DNA from: Moniliella sp. 'wahieum'
Taxonomy: Eukaryota
DNA: 64,000 bases
Assembly: GCA_003971905.1 (NCBI GenBank)
Contig: RSEE01000030.1
Span: forward strand, 434,001-498,000
Direction: 5' to 3'
The translations under genes and the position numbers were made by a program. The notes beneath the pieces are model-generated. The model made no database searches, had not been told where the DNA came from, and was given only the letters and a program-made list of their open reading frames with translations. Shown piece after piece: positions 14,020 to 28,807 of this stretch (position 1 is the first letter of the stretch; every line of letters starts with the position of its first letter).

Positions 14020-14029
14020 ATCACGTGAC
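14020..14029. promoter_or_regulatory. E-box (ATCACGTGAC), bHLH/Cbf1-like site in the NEO1-PHO13 divergent promoter
   Basis: Exact RTCACGTG match about 200 bp from both start codons; function not shown. Confidence 0.3.
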
Positions 14030-14222
14030 CGCCACAGTTTGATTTCAGCCCGCTCAGCCGCCCAGCCGCCCAGCCTGGGCTGAGCGCTGACATGCCCTGG
14101 CATGGCCGGCTGCGCTCCACCCTCAGGCCTCAGGCCTCACCCGAGACGGGCCCCATTGGCCGCATCGCCCCCATCCCTCTCTCATCGCTACCACCACCTT
14201 CCTTTGCTCGGACCGAGTCACC

Positions 14223-15199
14223 ATGGGCTACGACTTTATCTCCGACGCCGCCGGCGCTGACAGTCTGCTCAGCAAATACGACACGTTTCTCTTTGACTGC
14301 GACGGAGTGCTCTGGTCCGGCTCGGACCACATCGCCGGCGCGGCGGACGCGCTGACCAAACTGCGCAATGCCGGCAAGCAGATCGTCTTTGTCACCAACA
14401 ATGCATCCGTCTCGCGCGCCAAGTACATCCACAAGTTTGAAAAGATGGGCGTCGAGGCCAAGGTGGAGGAGATCGTATCGTCCGCCTACGCGGCGGCGGT
14501 GTATGTTGCGCGGGTTTTGAAGCTAGGCCAATCGGCGCGCCCCAAGGTCTATGTCCTGGGCATGGCTGGCATCGAGGATGAGTTGACCATCGAGGGCATT
14601 CCCTTCTGCGGTGGTACCGACCCTAAGGACAAGGCTTTCCTCCCCGAAGACGGCGATACCTGGGCGCCGCTCAACCATCCCGATGCGATTGACCCCGAGG
14701 TGGGGGCAGTGGTGTGCGGCATTGACTTGAATGTCAATTACATCAAGTTGGCAAAGGCATACAAGCACGTTATGCGCGAGGGTACCCACTTCATTCTCAC
14801 CAACGATGACTCCACTTTCCCTGCTCCTGGTGGGCCCTGGCCTGGTGCGGGCTCCATCTCGGCTCCCCTCCTTTCTCTACCAAGAAGACGCCAACCATCA
14901 TTGGCAAGCCCCACCAGCCTATTCTTGATTCCATTCAGGCAGTGTGCGTCGTTGCCCTTTTTGTTTGTTTGTGCCTGTTTGCTAACTGGTAGTCTGCACA
15001 GGCACCCATTTGATCCCAAGCGTACTCTTTCATTGGCGATCGCCTCGACACCGACATTGCCTTTGGTGCTCAGGCCGGCATTGATACCCTCATGGTACTG
15101 ACTGGCATCTCCAGCAAGGCGGAGGTCGATGCGCCCGGGGCCGAAGTGGTCCCGACCTATATGGCTGACTCGCTCGCCTCGGCCCTTCACGTACAGTAA
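14223..15199 (+). CDS. PHO13: HAD subfamily IIA p-nitrophenyl/phosphoglycolate phosphatase; intron about 14944-15001
   Basis: YDTFLFDCDGVLW, FVTNNAS, ILTNDDSTFP..WPGAGSI, IGKP, GDRLDTDIAFG..GIDTLMVLTG across frameshifts; TAA at 15197-15199. Confidence 0.9.
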
Positions 15200-15296
15200 T
15201 TTCTGTCCTTGGGTGTTGGTTAATCAATTCGTTGCGCCAGTAGGCTGCTATCGCTTGGGAAGAGACGTGATGATGGTCGTAAAGTAGGAACTGGGG

Positions 15297-16724
15297 TCAA
15301 GTGAGCACCCGCCGGATTGCATCTCTTGCTTCCTCGCCAGGAAGACGGGCGACTTTCAAGGTAATTGGGCAGGTGTCGACGTGCTCGAGGTGAGTAAGGG
15401 CACACGAGTAGCAGAAAGCATATCCGGACCGAAGTAGAGCTGGGTTGGCAATTGGGGTGCGGCCACAGAGTCCGCAGGCATTGTACAAAAGTGTCGCGGA
15501 GTGGTGACCAGCCCGGGCAAGAGCTTGAGGATGGACTAACGCATCTTCGCCTACGTCCTTTTCGTGCACCCCATCCCCCAGGACAGCCTTTACCATGGGG
15601 GTGACAAACCCGTCCATCGGCTCATATAAGACCCCATTGCCGTCCGGAAGCAAGGGTTTGGGTGGACCAAAGAGCGGGACATTGGATCCGTACCCGCCCA
15701 ACTCAATGCTCCTCCCTCCCCCCCCAAATTGCCATCCGCCCCGCCGCTGCCTGTTCGCCGGCGTGGGGATTCCGAGCTGTACCACCATTCGAGGAACTTG
15801 AAGCCAAGATTGCCGCAGGAAGAAGGTATTTGAGCGATTCAAAAAAGGCGTAAGGGGAGGCTCGCAGGGCACGGCGCAGACCTTCCCTCGGATGTCGCAC
15901 GAGGGATAGCAACTCCGAGATACCGCCATCAGGGAGGAACGATGCGGAGAGTTGGTCCTGCTCAAGGTTAGTTTACATCATTGCGGCAAAGGGAAAAGAC
16001 TACACACTTGGTCGTCCGGGCCCAACCGGCGAAGGTCGATTCGCATCCACTTAAACCATGGACGCCAGTGCGGCACGCGATCAAACAAGTAGGCCAGGTG
16101 ATAGATCAGAAGCCAGGCTTGGTACCCAACCTGCAGGTAAGGATAGCCGTGGTAGAACAACGACTTGAGCGTCGTCTGTACACGTTCCCGTCTGGAACTG
16201 CTACTGGCGACAGTGGCGGGGCGGTGGGAGGTGGCAAGGGAAGCGGGAGCTTCTGGGTCATGAACATCTTCATCTTCGTTATCGCCGAAGAGAACGTCAT
16301 CGCTGGGTAAACCGCCGCCCATGCCCTCCCATGCAGCATGGGCCTTAGCAGCCAGGTACGGCAGGCCAACGAGAAACAGGGGGAGAGATTGATTTCGCGG
16401 GGCCAGTTGCTCATGCTTGAGCTGGGTGACGCGGGACTGATGGCTGTTGGCGTGAATGACACCAGGACGGCGGCGGCGCTTGAGGGAGTAAAGTGCTCAG
16501 AAAAGGAGGCCCCCAGGTCTTGAGGTAGTGGCGTCGACGAGGAAGAGAGCGAGGGCGTACGCCTCGTCAAACTTGTTAGCCAGCCGAAGGAGCAGGCCAG
16601 CACGCCGCTGGGCCAGGATAACGACAATGTAGCGGAGGGCTGGGCCAAGGAGCGAGCGGAGCTGCTCCGACGCGTACAACTCAAAGAAGGACGGCCGCAG
16701 CGGGTCGCCAGGCATGTCCGACAT
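15297..16724 (-). CDS. PEX12: peroxin Pex12 (Pex2/Pex12 N-terminal domain plus degenerate RING); frameshifts and an intron near 15.96-16.0 kb
   Basis: [46 protein letters not shown]-terminal [25 protein letters not shown]....CPIT...IRRVL. Confidence 0.9.
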
Positions 16725-17080
16725 GGCGGTGGCGGTGTTCAAGGTGGGGAGGCAGGAGGTGTGAGCTTCGAGCGTCGAGTGCTGCTGCTGCGACGGCTGT
16801 CCTGCCCGCCCCGCCTGCGGTGCGTCTGAAACGGGATGGGATGAGTGGTTTGCCCGGTGGGGCGAATGCGGGGCACCGCCCTTCCGCCCAGGCGGAACTG
16901 CTCTGTCTTGGCGCCCCGCAGCCAGACAGCATTGCAACATTCAAACGTTCAACATTGCCTCGGCCAGAAAAAAAATCATCTGCTGCCTGCCGATCCGCAC
17001 GCCAGCACCGTCGGCCATTGGTTCTTGGCCTGCGACTGCCTCGGCTGCTTCCTCCGCCTCCCCCTCTTCTCTCCTCCACC

Positions 17081-18195
17081 ATGGGCAGCTCCACAACCGA
17101 CCGACGAGACATCTACTACCGTCAGTCCAAGGCGGATGGCTACCGTGCCCGCTCCGCCTACAAGCTGCTTCAGCTGGACGAGATGTACGGCTTCTTGGGC
17201 CGCCGCTCTCGCCACGCCGCCTCCGCCGTCTGGCACTTCCCCAGCGACGGCAGTGTGCCTGTGCGCAAACCACATCTCGCGCCCTCGCCCCTACTCTGCC
17301 TGCCTCATCTTCTGCTGCCCTTCCCACCCCGACCTTTCCTTCGCCTGACTCGCCCGACTCGCCCGACTCGCCCCCTCCACGGAGAGCTGTGGACCTCTGT
17401 GCGGCGCCGGGCAGTTGGTCCCAAGTGCTCCGATCCCATCTCCCCGCCGAAGCAGCCATTGTATCGGTAGACTTGCAGGCCATGGCACCCATTCCCGGTG
17501 TGACTGAGGTGTTGGGCGACATCACTTCTCCCGCTACCCGCCGCCGCGGTGGTCAACGCCCTGCAGCATCCCGATCTAGCTGGCGAAGCACCTCTCCCAC
17601 AGGCACCGATGCGATCTGCTCCTCGCTGATCTGGTTGTGTGCGATGGCGCACCGGATGTGACGGGGGTGCATGACCTGGACGAGTACTTGCACGCTCAAT
17701 TGCTCCTGGCTGCCGTCCAGATTACCTTCCGGGTCTTAGCTTCCGGGGGCACGTTTGTGGCTAAGGTATTTACCTTGCCCGATGAGTCGTCGGCCGGATT
17801 GCTGGCTTCCACCTCCACCGCTTCAGCCGGAACGGGGGAAGGCGTTCCGGGCACATCGGGGTTTCTCCTCAAACAGCAAATGCTGCCTTGGTTCGAACAC
17901 GTTGACATTATCAAGCCCCGATCTTCCCGTCCCACAGTGTCGAGCACTTCCTCGTCGCGCGCGGGTTCAAACCCCCCACCCCTGGGCCCAACCTGCCTTC
18001 TACCGCCGAGGAGCGGCATCGCATCGCATCGCAGAGTCTCTACGGACGTACTTGGACACCCACCTCGACCACCCTAGCTCCCCGCCGCCCCCCCTCAGCC
18101 AGCGACAAGGCGAGAGCACGGCGTTGCAATCGGCAATCGCGATTACAGCCTGTGGGGATTTGTCGGCGTGGGATGCCCCTACGTCGGTGGCCTGA
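17081..18195 (+). CDS. TRM7: tRNA (C32/G34) 2'-O-methyltransferase, FtsJ family; frameshifts
   Basis: [105 protein letters not shown]. Confidence 0.92.
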
Positions 18196-18548
18196 CGCTT
18201 CGGGATTCAGGTGTATGCCTGCATGACCTCAGTTTCGTGTGCCATACTAAGCGCGGACATACACCGTGAAATGGATCTCTACAGAGAGGTCACTCCCGTT
18301 CTCTCGCACCTACACCTTGCTTTTTCTCATTGGCCCTGTCAGGCAAGCCGGATTATCTGGCCAGAGCCAGATGATCACGGCGTAGCACAATACTTGAGTC
18401 TAGTAGCTGCCTCAGTGCGTGAGCGGAGAAGTACTCGGAATGGAACGATGGGGAGGGGGGGCGCTGTGATCGTACAAGCGGAAACATAAAAATAAGTTGA
18501 CTGGGGGTGAAGGAAATAGTAGTAGAGGGTAACCGAAGAAAAGAGATC

Positions 18549-19723
18549 TCACATGGCCGCATCTGGAGGTCCTGTGCGTACATACTGCCCAATCTTGCGG
18601 TGCCAGACCTCGTCATTGTGCAGCAACCCGCCTTCCCTGCGTGCATGAGCCACCGCGGTGGGATACGCTTCCCACCACCAGCGGTGGGTAACTTGATCCA
18701 CATGCTCCCGCGCCTCGGGGGGCGCGTCAGGGTGGTCGTAGTCCCCTACCGCCCAAGGTTTTCTGGGGGAGCGTTTCACGTCAGAATCCAGACACTGGAC
18801 GCGAAGAAAAGGAAGGAACATGGGACATACTGCAGAATGTAATGTACGTTGCGCACCGCCTCATCCGACCACATGGCTGGGTGACATTGGTACAGCGGTT
18901 TGAGCGCATTGAACACGTAGGGCAACACGGTGATCTGCCCACGAAACACTTTGGCGAGAAAATCTTGGTCGGGGAAATGGAAATGGGGCACGTCGGGATC
19001 GGTTTGGATCAATTCGGCCATCTCGTTCATCTTGGTCACCGAGGGACGCAGGATGACGAGACCACTGTTGATCAGATGGTAGGTTTCCGGACTGGACTCG
19101 GTCAGCTTGATCCCTGTGTGGGCGGCGGTAGGATGCGTTTGTGGGGTAAAGGCACAGTTGGCGGGGACCCAGGTGGCAGGGTAGGATGCAATCTTGCGCG
19201 GGTTGCATGTACATGCCGAGCTGGCGGCGATGCCGATTTGGTCGGCAGGGCGATGCTCATCCTCCCCTGAAAGAGGGACGACCATGGCATCGTCGATATT
19301 CTGACGAATAAGCATATCGGAATCAATCAGTCCGACCCGATCATACTCTTCCAGTTCAAATGCACGTAGCTTGGTCCAGGCTTGGGAGAAGCGTTCCTCT
19401 GCCATCGACTGCGGGCCATCAAAAAGTAAGACTGTCAGGACGGTGCATTAAGGCTAGGACAAAAGGCCGACGTACCTTGCCGACTTGCTTGGGAATCAGC
19501 GGCTCCACTTGTCGCACAATCGCACCCAAATGATGGATTACTGAGCGCGTTTCTTGTGATACATCCGGCGTGACCATAACAACGAGAGGGTATCGTGAGC
19601 CTGGCTGCCCCCCAGCCCGTTGAGTAGACTGTAGGCAAACACCAGCAAACCAGGCAAGTAGTTGTCGGCTGTCAAAAGCGTAGCCCAGGCCGCGGATCGA
19701 CACTTGGTTTCTCCCGAATCCAT
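18549..19723 (-). CDS. glycosyltransferase family 8 protein (glycogenin/galactinol-synthase-like); two introns
   Basis: AWATLLTADNYLPGLLVF, YPLVVMVT, RFSQAWTKLRAFELEEYDRVGLIDSDML (DxD), ACTCNP, NSGLVILRPS, FPDQDFL, YVFNALK, NVHYIL..KPW, THRWWW. Confidence 0.9.
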
Positions 19724-19847
19724 GGCTGCGGCCCGTGTCTTCTGCTTAGTGGCCAGCGCACCTAACACATGAAAAAATCCGTGTGAGTACTAAAGCCAAG
19801 CGAATCAAGCTCGGGAAACGGTCCCAGCGATAACGTGCATGAGGGTA

Positions 19848-21021
19848 TCAAACGCGAAACACAGGAGGGTTATATTTACCTAGGGATTTGTGCTGTTCGG
19901 CACGTTTCACAATCCAGCTGTAGAGGAGAAAGAAAAAGGTCAGAATTCTTCGCTCAGAGGCAGGGTATACCACTTACTCCGTCACAATGCCGGCTGCCTT
20001 GGTGCGTTCCTCCATGACTTCCTGCAACGGCTCATGACGGTGGTTTTTGAAGGTGACTAGCGTCTTGTCATCCGCCTTGACTTTCTTGTCAAACTCCACT
20101 GATCCCGCATACGACACAACAGGGTCTTGGTCGCCATGGATGAGCAACAAGGGCAACTGCGGGGGATAGTTTTTGTACTTATCGTTGAGCAAGTCCATCC
20201 CGTTGAGAAGCGGCCCGGCGATCGCGCGCAGAAAGACACTTTTTTCCATGTAAGGGTTTTTGAGTGCATCAGCCTGAATCACCGGATCAGAACTGAGGTC
20301 TTCGGGGGAAATGGGATTGACCCAGGGCATGTTGGGGAAGAACTTGAGCACACCTCTGGCCACGGTCTGCACAATCCCGGGTGGCGGGCTGGTCAACTTG
20401 AGCCAGGGCGCGGAGCCAATTACGCCAGCCAAGCCCTCGGTGGTCGTGGGTGGGAGATAGGGGGAATCTGGGCGTGTCACAGCACTCAGTGCCAGTTGAC
20501 CACCCATGCTGTGGCCCATGAGAAAAAATGGAACCACGCCAGGGCCATACGTGTCATCCATGCGCTTGCGCTCGGCAAGGATAACCTGGTTCAGGTCTTG
20601 GAGCAACAGCTCGAGCGTTGTATTGGTGTGGTTTTCCTTCTTCACGCGCCAGGCATACCCTTCTCTGCTGTGACACCATAGCCGCGCTGGTCATAACTGG
20701 TGACATATATGCCCTTGTCGGCAAAGACAGGGAGGATGTGGTCGTAACGGTAAATGTTCTCGTTGAATCCATGCTAGGATGGAGTAGGATGAATGGTAAG
20801 TGCCATGGCAGAGCGGAAGGAGTAAGGACAACTGAATGCCAAGGACATACAACAAGCAGCAGGGCCGCAACGGGAGGCGTCCCCTGAGCAACCTGGGCAG
20901 GCACCCAGTGCTTGGTGAAGAGCTTGACGGGGGGGTGGGTGGCGGTGGTGACAAACTCTTCTTGGGTGGTACCGGGGTTGGCGACGGGGACAAAGGGCAC
21001 GTCGGCGTGGGCGCTGCTCAT
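19848..21021 (-). CDS. alpha/beta hydrolase, monoglyceride lipase / serine aminopeptidase S33 family (Yju3-like); introns near 20.8 kb and 19.95 kb; 3' end approximate
   Basis: MSSAHADVPF..LFTKHWVP..LLLV, YDQRGYG, FFLMGHSMGG (GxSxG), LLIHGDQDPVVS, HRHEPLQE. Confidence 0.85.
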
Positions 21022-22607
21022 GGCGGGCGGGTGTGTGGTGGGACAGAAGCAAGCGCTGCAGATGCTACGCGTCCCACGGACCGCTCTCTGCAAGGAGCGC
21101 GGATGTAGGTGGGCTGCAAGGCCCGCTGTTCTCTGGGTTCCACAATCTCCGACCCTCGATCACCGACCCATCGGCGTGCTGCCTGCCTGCCCCCGGCCTA
21201 GGCTGCCTATCCACGCGTGTTCCTGCTCCCTCCCGCGGCTTCCGGCCGTGGCATCGGCATCAGTCATCGATCATCGATCATCGACCATCATGCATCCGCG
21301 GTGCGTCATCTATGCATGCAACCAACGTCACCCATCCTTTGCGCACCGCGCTTGGCGCCTGGTGTGTGATGCATGATGCATGCATCCCGAGATTTCCTTT
21401 CAGCTTTCTGCTTCGGCCTTCGACGATAACGATAACCTCCGCATTCCGCCTCCCGCCGTTCCGCTCCTGGTGCCACCATCGACTACGGCCGGCCGTCCTG
21501 GTTCGGGCGCTGCACGACGCTGGGTGCCTCTGCTGGCCATCACTGCGACCCCTTCGCCTAGCGCCCAGGCAACGTGCTTTGTCAGGGGCACCTGCACACG
21601 TGGGACGCACCATCGTCGCATCATGCATCATTGGCCCCATCATTTGCAAGCTGCTGGAGACCAACGGCCACAGCTGGTCCGGATGCAATGATCAACCTGT
21701 TCTTTGCATCCCTGGCTCGCTGAGCCGATCCACATGTGCGCCGTAGATCCTTCTGGAATGGGTTGCATGGAAGTACGGCTACGTGCGATCCGTACGCGTA
21801 CGGCATGGTAGCGCCCCTCGCGATGGCCGCGCGGGATGGTCCTATAGCATTTGGCGGCCAAATCAAATGTAGTCCACCTCGCTTTTTAGCCCGCTATAAA
21901 AGGTGTGGCCAAAAGACGTCCTCCATGTCGGGGAAATTCCCAACGTAAAGAGATGCATCAGGATCACAATACGGGCAGTGGTGGGACCCCGTCTTGCTCT
22001 GTGCGGTAGACCGACAAGGCTTGTTCCAACGCGCATGTTGTGGGCGAGGGCCGAGGGTGGGGAGGAGGGGTGTTGTGGGGAGCGTGAGGGCTGGCGGATG
22101 TGGCTCTTCGGGGAGCGTGAGCACGGGGTGATTGAATATTGAACGTTGAACATTCGGATGGCCCCACTGGGCTCGGACAAACGCAGGCTGCCCAGGCGCC
22201 CAGACACGGCCTGTGCGCTGGCGTGCCGTGTGCTCGCCAAACGGGGGTGGCCTGGTGGGGGCGTGGCACACTGCCCCTGTGGCGGCGCCACGCGCGCTTG
22301 CGCTCTGCTGCGTCCGCCGCCGGGCAGGCCAGACAGCGGCAGACAGCAGGCCACAGCGGCAGCAGACACCAGGCCACACCAGCTGCCAGCCTGGCCCATC
22401 GCCTTGGCTGTGTCGGGCGCCCGCCGCTCACCGCCCACTGCGTCGTCCTTGCCTCTGCTCCCCATCTGGCTGCCATGCCCCCCCCCGGCCCTGTTCCTGC
22501 GCCCAGCATGCCCCCTCCACCCGCCCGTGCGTCCTGCGTCCTGCCCTGCCCTCTGCCCCGCGCCCTGCTGACCCCCTCTCCCTTCCGTCCGTACAGACGC
22601 GTACGAC

Positions 22608-24272
<1,665 letters not shown>

Positions 24273-25286
24273 TGAGGTATTGTCTCGGCTCGACGGGCTC
24301 CAACCTACCAGGTGAGCGCATCTGTCTTGGCTCTGCGCTTCGTTATCGTTACCCCTTTGCCTACCGATCATATCCCCCTCCCTCCTCTCTGAGCTGCCCT
24401 TCCTTCAATCTCTATCTCCCTAGCAATCCCCAATCCCCATCTCCATTGTCAACACCCATTTCCAGTCCCTTTTTTGAAGCTTCATCAATGACTAGTTGGT
24501 AGACGTGCGTAGTACGAGAGAAGCGGTCGAACGAGCTGAGAAGGGCAAAGGATTGACGCGTAACGGGATATATGGCTCGAGTAGGCGACCATTGCTGAGC
24601 GCCCAGGCTGAGAGTTGAGGTAGCTGAGGTGAGGCAAGGCGGTGGGCATTGGGCTGTGGACCACTGCTGGACCCAAGCCCAGAGTGGCCGTATTCGGCCC
24701 GAGGCCCTGAGCACCTAAGCTGAGGTTGTGGTGACTTGTTCCGACACACGCTGATGAGCTGTCTTCTGACCTGTGACCGACTGCGGAACAATGATTAATG
24801 AGGGCGTGGTCAGATTGGTGAGTTCGGAGTAAGGAGCGAGCGCAGCCTGAGCGCCTGAGCAAGCACACCGCTGCTCCATAATGGAAAATGGAGTTTGCTG
24901 CCGGAAATGCGGAGGAGGAGTAAGACGGAGAGTAGCTTAGCAGCCGCCAGCCTGGAAGACCATGACCCCATCTCGGCCACGCCCTGGTCCCACCTGGTGG
25001 AGTCGTCATCGTCGTCGCTCAAGGCACACGAGCAGAGGCAAACGTCAAACCCGCGGCCCAGCCTAGCCCAGCTGGTGGCCAACGCGAACTGCCCGGAGCC
25101 CAGCCTGCGGGCCTTCCTTCCGCATTGGGGCACCCTATGACGCAGACAGCCCCCTGACACTGCCGCCAAGCGCCCAGAGTAAGCCCTCAGGCACCCGTGC
25201 TGCCCCCGTGCCCAGCCCGGGGGGCTGCGGACGACGCGTGTGCTGCTGGCTCCTGGCTGCACTAGCTGCGTTTTACAACACTCGGC

Positions 25287-25312
25287 ACCACCATCACCAC
25301 CACCACCACCAC
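25287..25312 (+). repeat. (CAC)n microsatellite
   Basis: caccaccatcaccaccaccaccacc upstream of the PP2C gene. Confidence 0.7.
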
Positions 25313-25793
25313 CTTTGCCGCTTCCACATCCGCCCTCCCCGCATCCCGCGCGCCTTCCACCCGCCCCCCCGCCTTTCCCCCCGTATCTCTTCTGCCGCCG
25401 CCCTACCTCCTGATGTCCCTCGCTGCCGCACACCCACCCGCGGCGGCGCCGCCGTCGCCGTCTCTACCGACAGCTCAGATGCCATCCCCCCGCCTTGCCT
25501 GCCCATCCCCATCGCTCCGGTGTGCCCGCCGCGGCCTCTGGCGTGCACCCCACACAGCCTCCCCCGCACCCCAAGATCCATCGCCTGCGTCCTCAGCATC
25601 TGTCAATCACCCTTTCCTGCCCCACCCGCGTCACTCTTCCTCCCCGCCATCCGCCTCGCTGCCCGTGATGCCTTCTTCACGCGAGCACCTAGAGGACAAC
25701 GACACACGCCTCTCTCTCCGCCACTCACGCAGTGCTGCTGCCATTCGCACACATCCCAATGGGTCTCCTCGCCTATCTAGCCGACCTCTCTCG

Positions 25794-27115
25794 ATGGCAG
25801 CGCCGGGCCAGTACGGGGCGCGGCCCAAGCACTCTCCTTCCACTGTCCCCTTCCGCGTGGGCGTAGTGGAAGACCGCAACAAACGATGGCGCCGCACCAT
25901 GGAGGACTCACACACATTTGTTTACGACTTTGGTGGGGTCCAAGGGCAGGGATTTTTTGGTCTGTACGATGGTCATGCGGGAAAAGCACAGCAGCAGAAT
26001 GGTGTGGCAAATACCTGTACCAAGTACGTGGTCCTCTCCTCTCCTCTCCTTGGTCTGAAATTGACAATTAATTCGGCAGTACCTACGAGAACATCTCATT
26101 CGTCACCCCAACGATTCGGTTCCCGACGTGCTCAACAATACTTTCCAAAGCGCTGACGTGGCACTGGCCGAGGTAGCAAAGGAAACTCGGACGTCGTCGG
26201 GTTGTACTGCGGTGGCCTGCTACTTGCGCTGGAAGATGCGAATGGGGTTCCTATTGCCGGACCTGGCTCGGGAGGGTCATGCCAGGCGAAACGGGGGCAC
26301 TGGGCCAAGCGTTCATAGGAGGTGCCTCGGTCCCCCCCACATTGAGGGCTTCTCAACGGTTGCTGTGATCCGTACCGATCCCAATCCTTCGGCCATTGCA
26401 CCTGTTTCCGAGGTGGAGACCATCGGCGAGCCGAAACATCACCACGGGGGTCTGCTCTCCTCCCTTGCGCGCCGCGCTGGATTCCACCATCGACACCAGC
26501 GCACAGTCTCGATCAACGTGGCCTCGGGCAGCGACCCTGCCTCGTCCCCGGGCATTCACCATACCACAGGCGCAGCTTGCCTCACGACTCTCCCGATAGG
26601 ACGACACCCCATTTGTTGAACCCTTCTCTGGTTGCGATCCCCTATCGCCGAATGTTGTACACGGCCAACGTTGGTGATGCCCGTGCGGTTCTCTCGCGCG
26701 GGGGAGGGCAGTGCGCCTGACGTACGACCACAAGGGCTCGGACCAGCAGGAAGTAGCGCGCATCAAGGAAGCCGGTGGGTTCGTGATGAACAATCGCGTG
26801 AATGGGGTCTTGGCGGTGACGCGCTCCTTGGGGGACAATAGCATGAAAGAGTTTGTCGTTGGCAATCCCTACACGACCGAGACGGCGCTCGGGGACGAGG
26901 ACGCGTTCTTGATTGTCGCATGCGATGGCCTGTGGGACGTAACGTCGGACCAAGAAGCTGTGGACCTGATTCGGAACGTGGAAGATGCTCAAGACGCAGC
27001 TCGCATTCTTCTCAAACACGCCCTTTCCAACTTCTCCACCGACAACACCTCGGTCATGGTGATTCGGTTCAATACTAAACCCGATACGGGCTTCGCCTCC
27101 CGTATTCTCTCGTGA
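25794..27115 (+). CDS. PTC1: protein phosphatase 2C, Ptc1-type; start may extend to 25413; intron about 26024-26079; frameshifts
   Basis: [106 protein letters not shown]. Confidence 0.92.
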
Positions 27116-28807
27116 TTTCACGGCCCTTTGCGCTTTTTTTTTCTCGAACAGTGGTCATGCATCTCTTGTCCCAACCAATCCCCTTCACCTGCCCCCTTTT
27201 GTAACCCCGGTCTTGCAACAACCTTCTTGTTCCTTTTCCTGATCCTTCCTTAGAGCCGGATTACTCCCACGTTGCCCCTTCTCCTTGAGGGGTGATGGTC
27301 TGGGCAGAGAGGCAGGTTATGCTTTCGCTTTAATTTCGCTTTCCTTTGGCTGCAGCACCCCTTTCCTCTCTCGTTAAGGATTCGTCATGGCGCTCCTGCG
27401 GCGCGACTGCATTTCCTCCTTCTTGTCTGCACACCCGACTGGATGCCATTCTCATGTTGTTACCGCTCCCGCGCGCGACAGAGGAAAGGGTGGATGGGAC
27501 GGGGACGGGGATGGGATGGGATGTGGGAGTCGTACACCGACCCCCTGGGATCGTCCTATCTCGGATGTGTGTTGGACAATCCGTCCGCACCTCCGAGCGG
27601 GTTCCGCGGGGATGGGAGGGGAGGCGCACGGTCCGGTGCCCTATGTAACGTCCAACGTTCAACGTTCGCTGCCGCGAGGCATTGGCTGTTAGGTCGGGCG
27701 AGCTGATCATCCCGATCATCAGCTGCATCAGCGCATCAGCTGATCCCCCCCTCCGTCAATTGAAGAGTAGCTGATAACTTCGACCCTATCGCACTCCTAC
27801 AGTCTGTAGTCTTGAACCATGTTCTTCTTGTACGCTTCACCTTTTCCCACTGCCCTTCCTCCCGTTGGTGCCCCCCGCATATGGCATCCTTTCTGCGACA
27901 CACCGTATAGTGGCTTGGAGCGGTGCATGTGCCTGCATGCATGGATGCGGCCACCATCTCGAACTACTTTGGTGGGGAGGCTGACATCACCAGTGACTAG
28001 TGACTAGTGGCGGTCACTAGGTCCCACGGGCCCAGCTTGCTCCCGAACGATAGACAGGCTTGCTTGCGATAGTCGATAGATGGCATGACCTGGCGAGCAC
28101 ACTGGGTCTGCACCGGGCGAGGGGGAGATGGTGCAGCAGGACGTGCAGTAAGTATACGTCAATTGCCTGTAAACGTTGTGAACCATGTGAACATTGAACC
28201 GTTGAACAGCGGGGGGATACGCCGGTTAAATGTGGTTAAGCGACGCACCCAGCGGGTCTCGGCCTTGGTTGGACCAGATCGGCTGGGGAAGGCTGGAGAT
28301 GGTGCAAGCTAGCCGGAGGGGCCTCAGCGCGGGGCTTGCAAGGTATGTAGATCGCAAAGCTTGGAGCTCTCCAGAAAGCTTGAGGCGCACAGGCCTGGGG
28401 CCTTGAAGGGTTGGCCGGTTAGAGGCCCTGGGGAACCAGAGGGCGCCCACCCACGCTTCTTGTGCTGCCAAGTGCTACTCGCCCCAGGAGCAAAAGGAGG
28501 CCTGCACGGTCCATCTACGCACGGCCCGTCAGAGCGTCAGGCAGCGCCAGTACTTGCGAGTACGCAGACTGAGTACCGAGTTACTGAGCGGACGCAGGCG
28601 GAGATTGTGAAGCGTGATGACACTGCGGGGCGCACCGTCGAACCCAGATACAGGCTGCTTACGTAGCGAACCGGCCACCCACTCTCTGGCCCCTATCCCC
28701 GAAAAGCCCGCTGTTCTGCCTTATAAGATCCGCATCCGCATCAGCAACGGCAATTCGCACGCTTGCGCTCCCTCCCGCCTCTGCCCTGCCCCCGCACCTC
28801 CACCAGC

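Noticed and set aside
25208..25780. Poly-His protein ORF
   Set aside because: Arises from a (CAC)n microsatellite in the pyrimidine-rich leader of the PP2C gene; no other coding signal.
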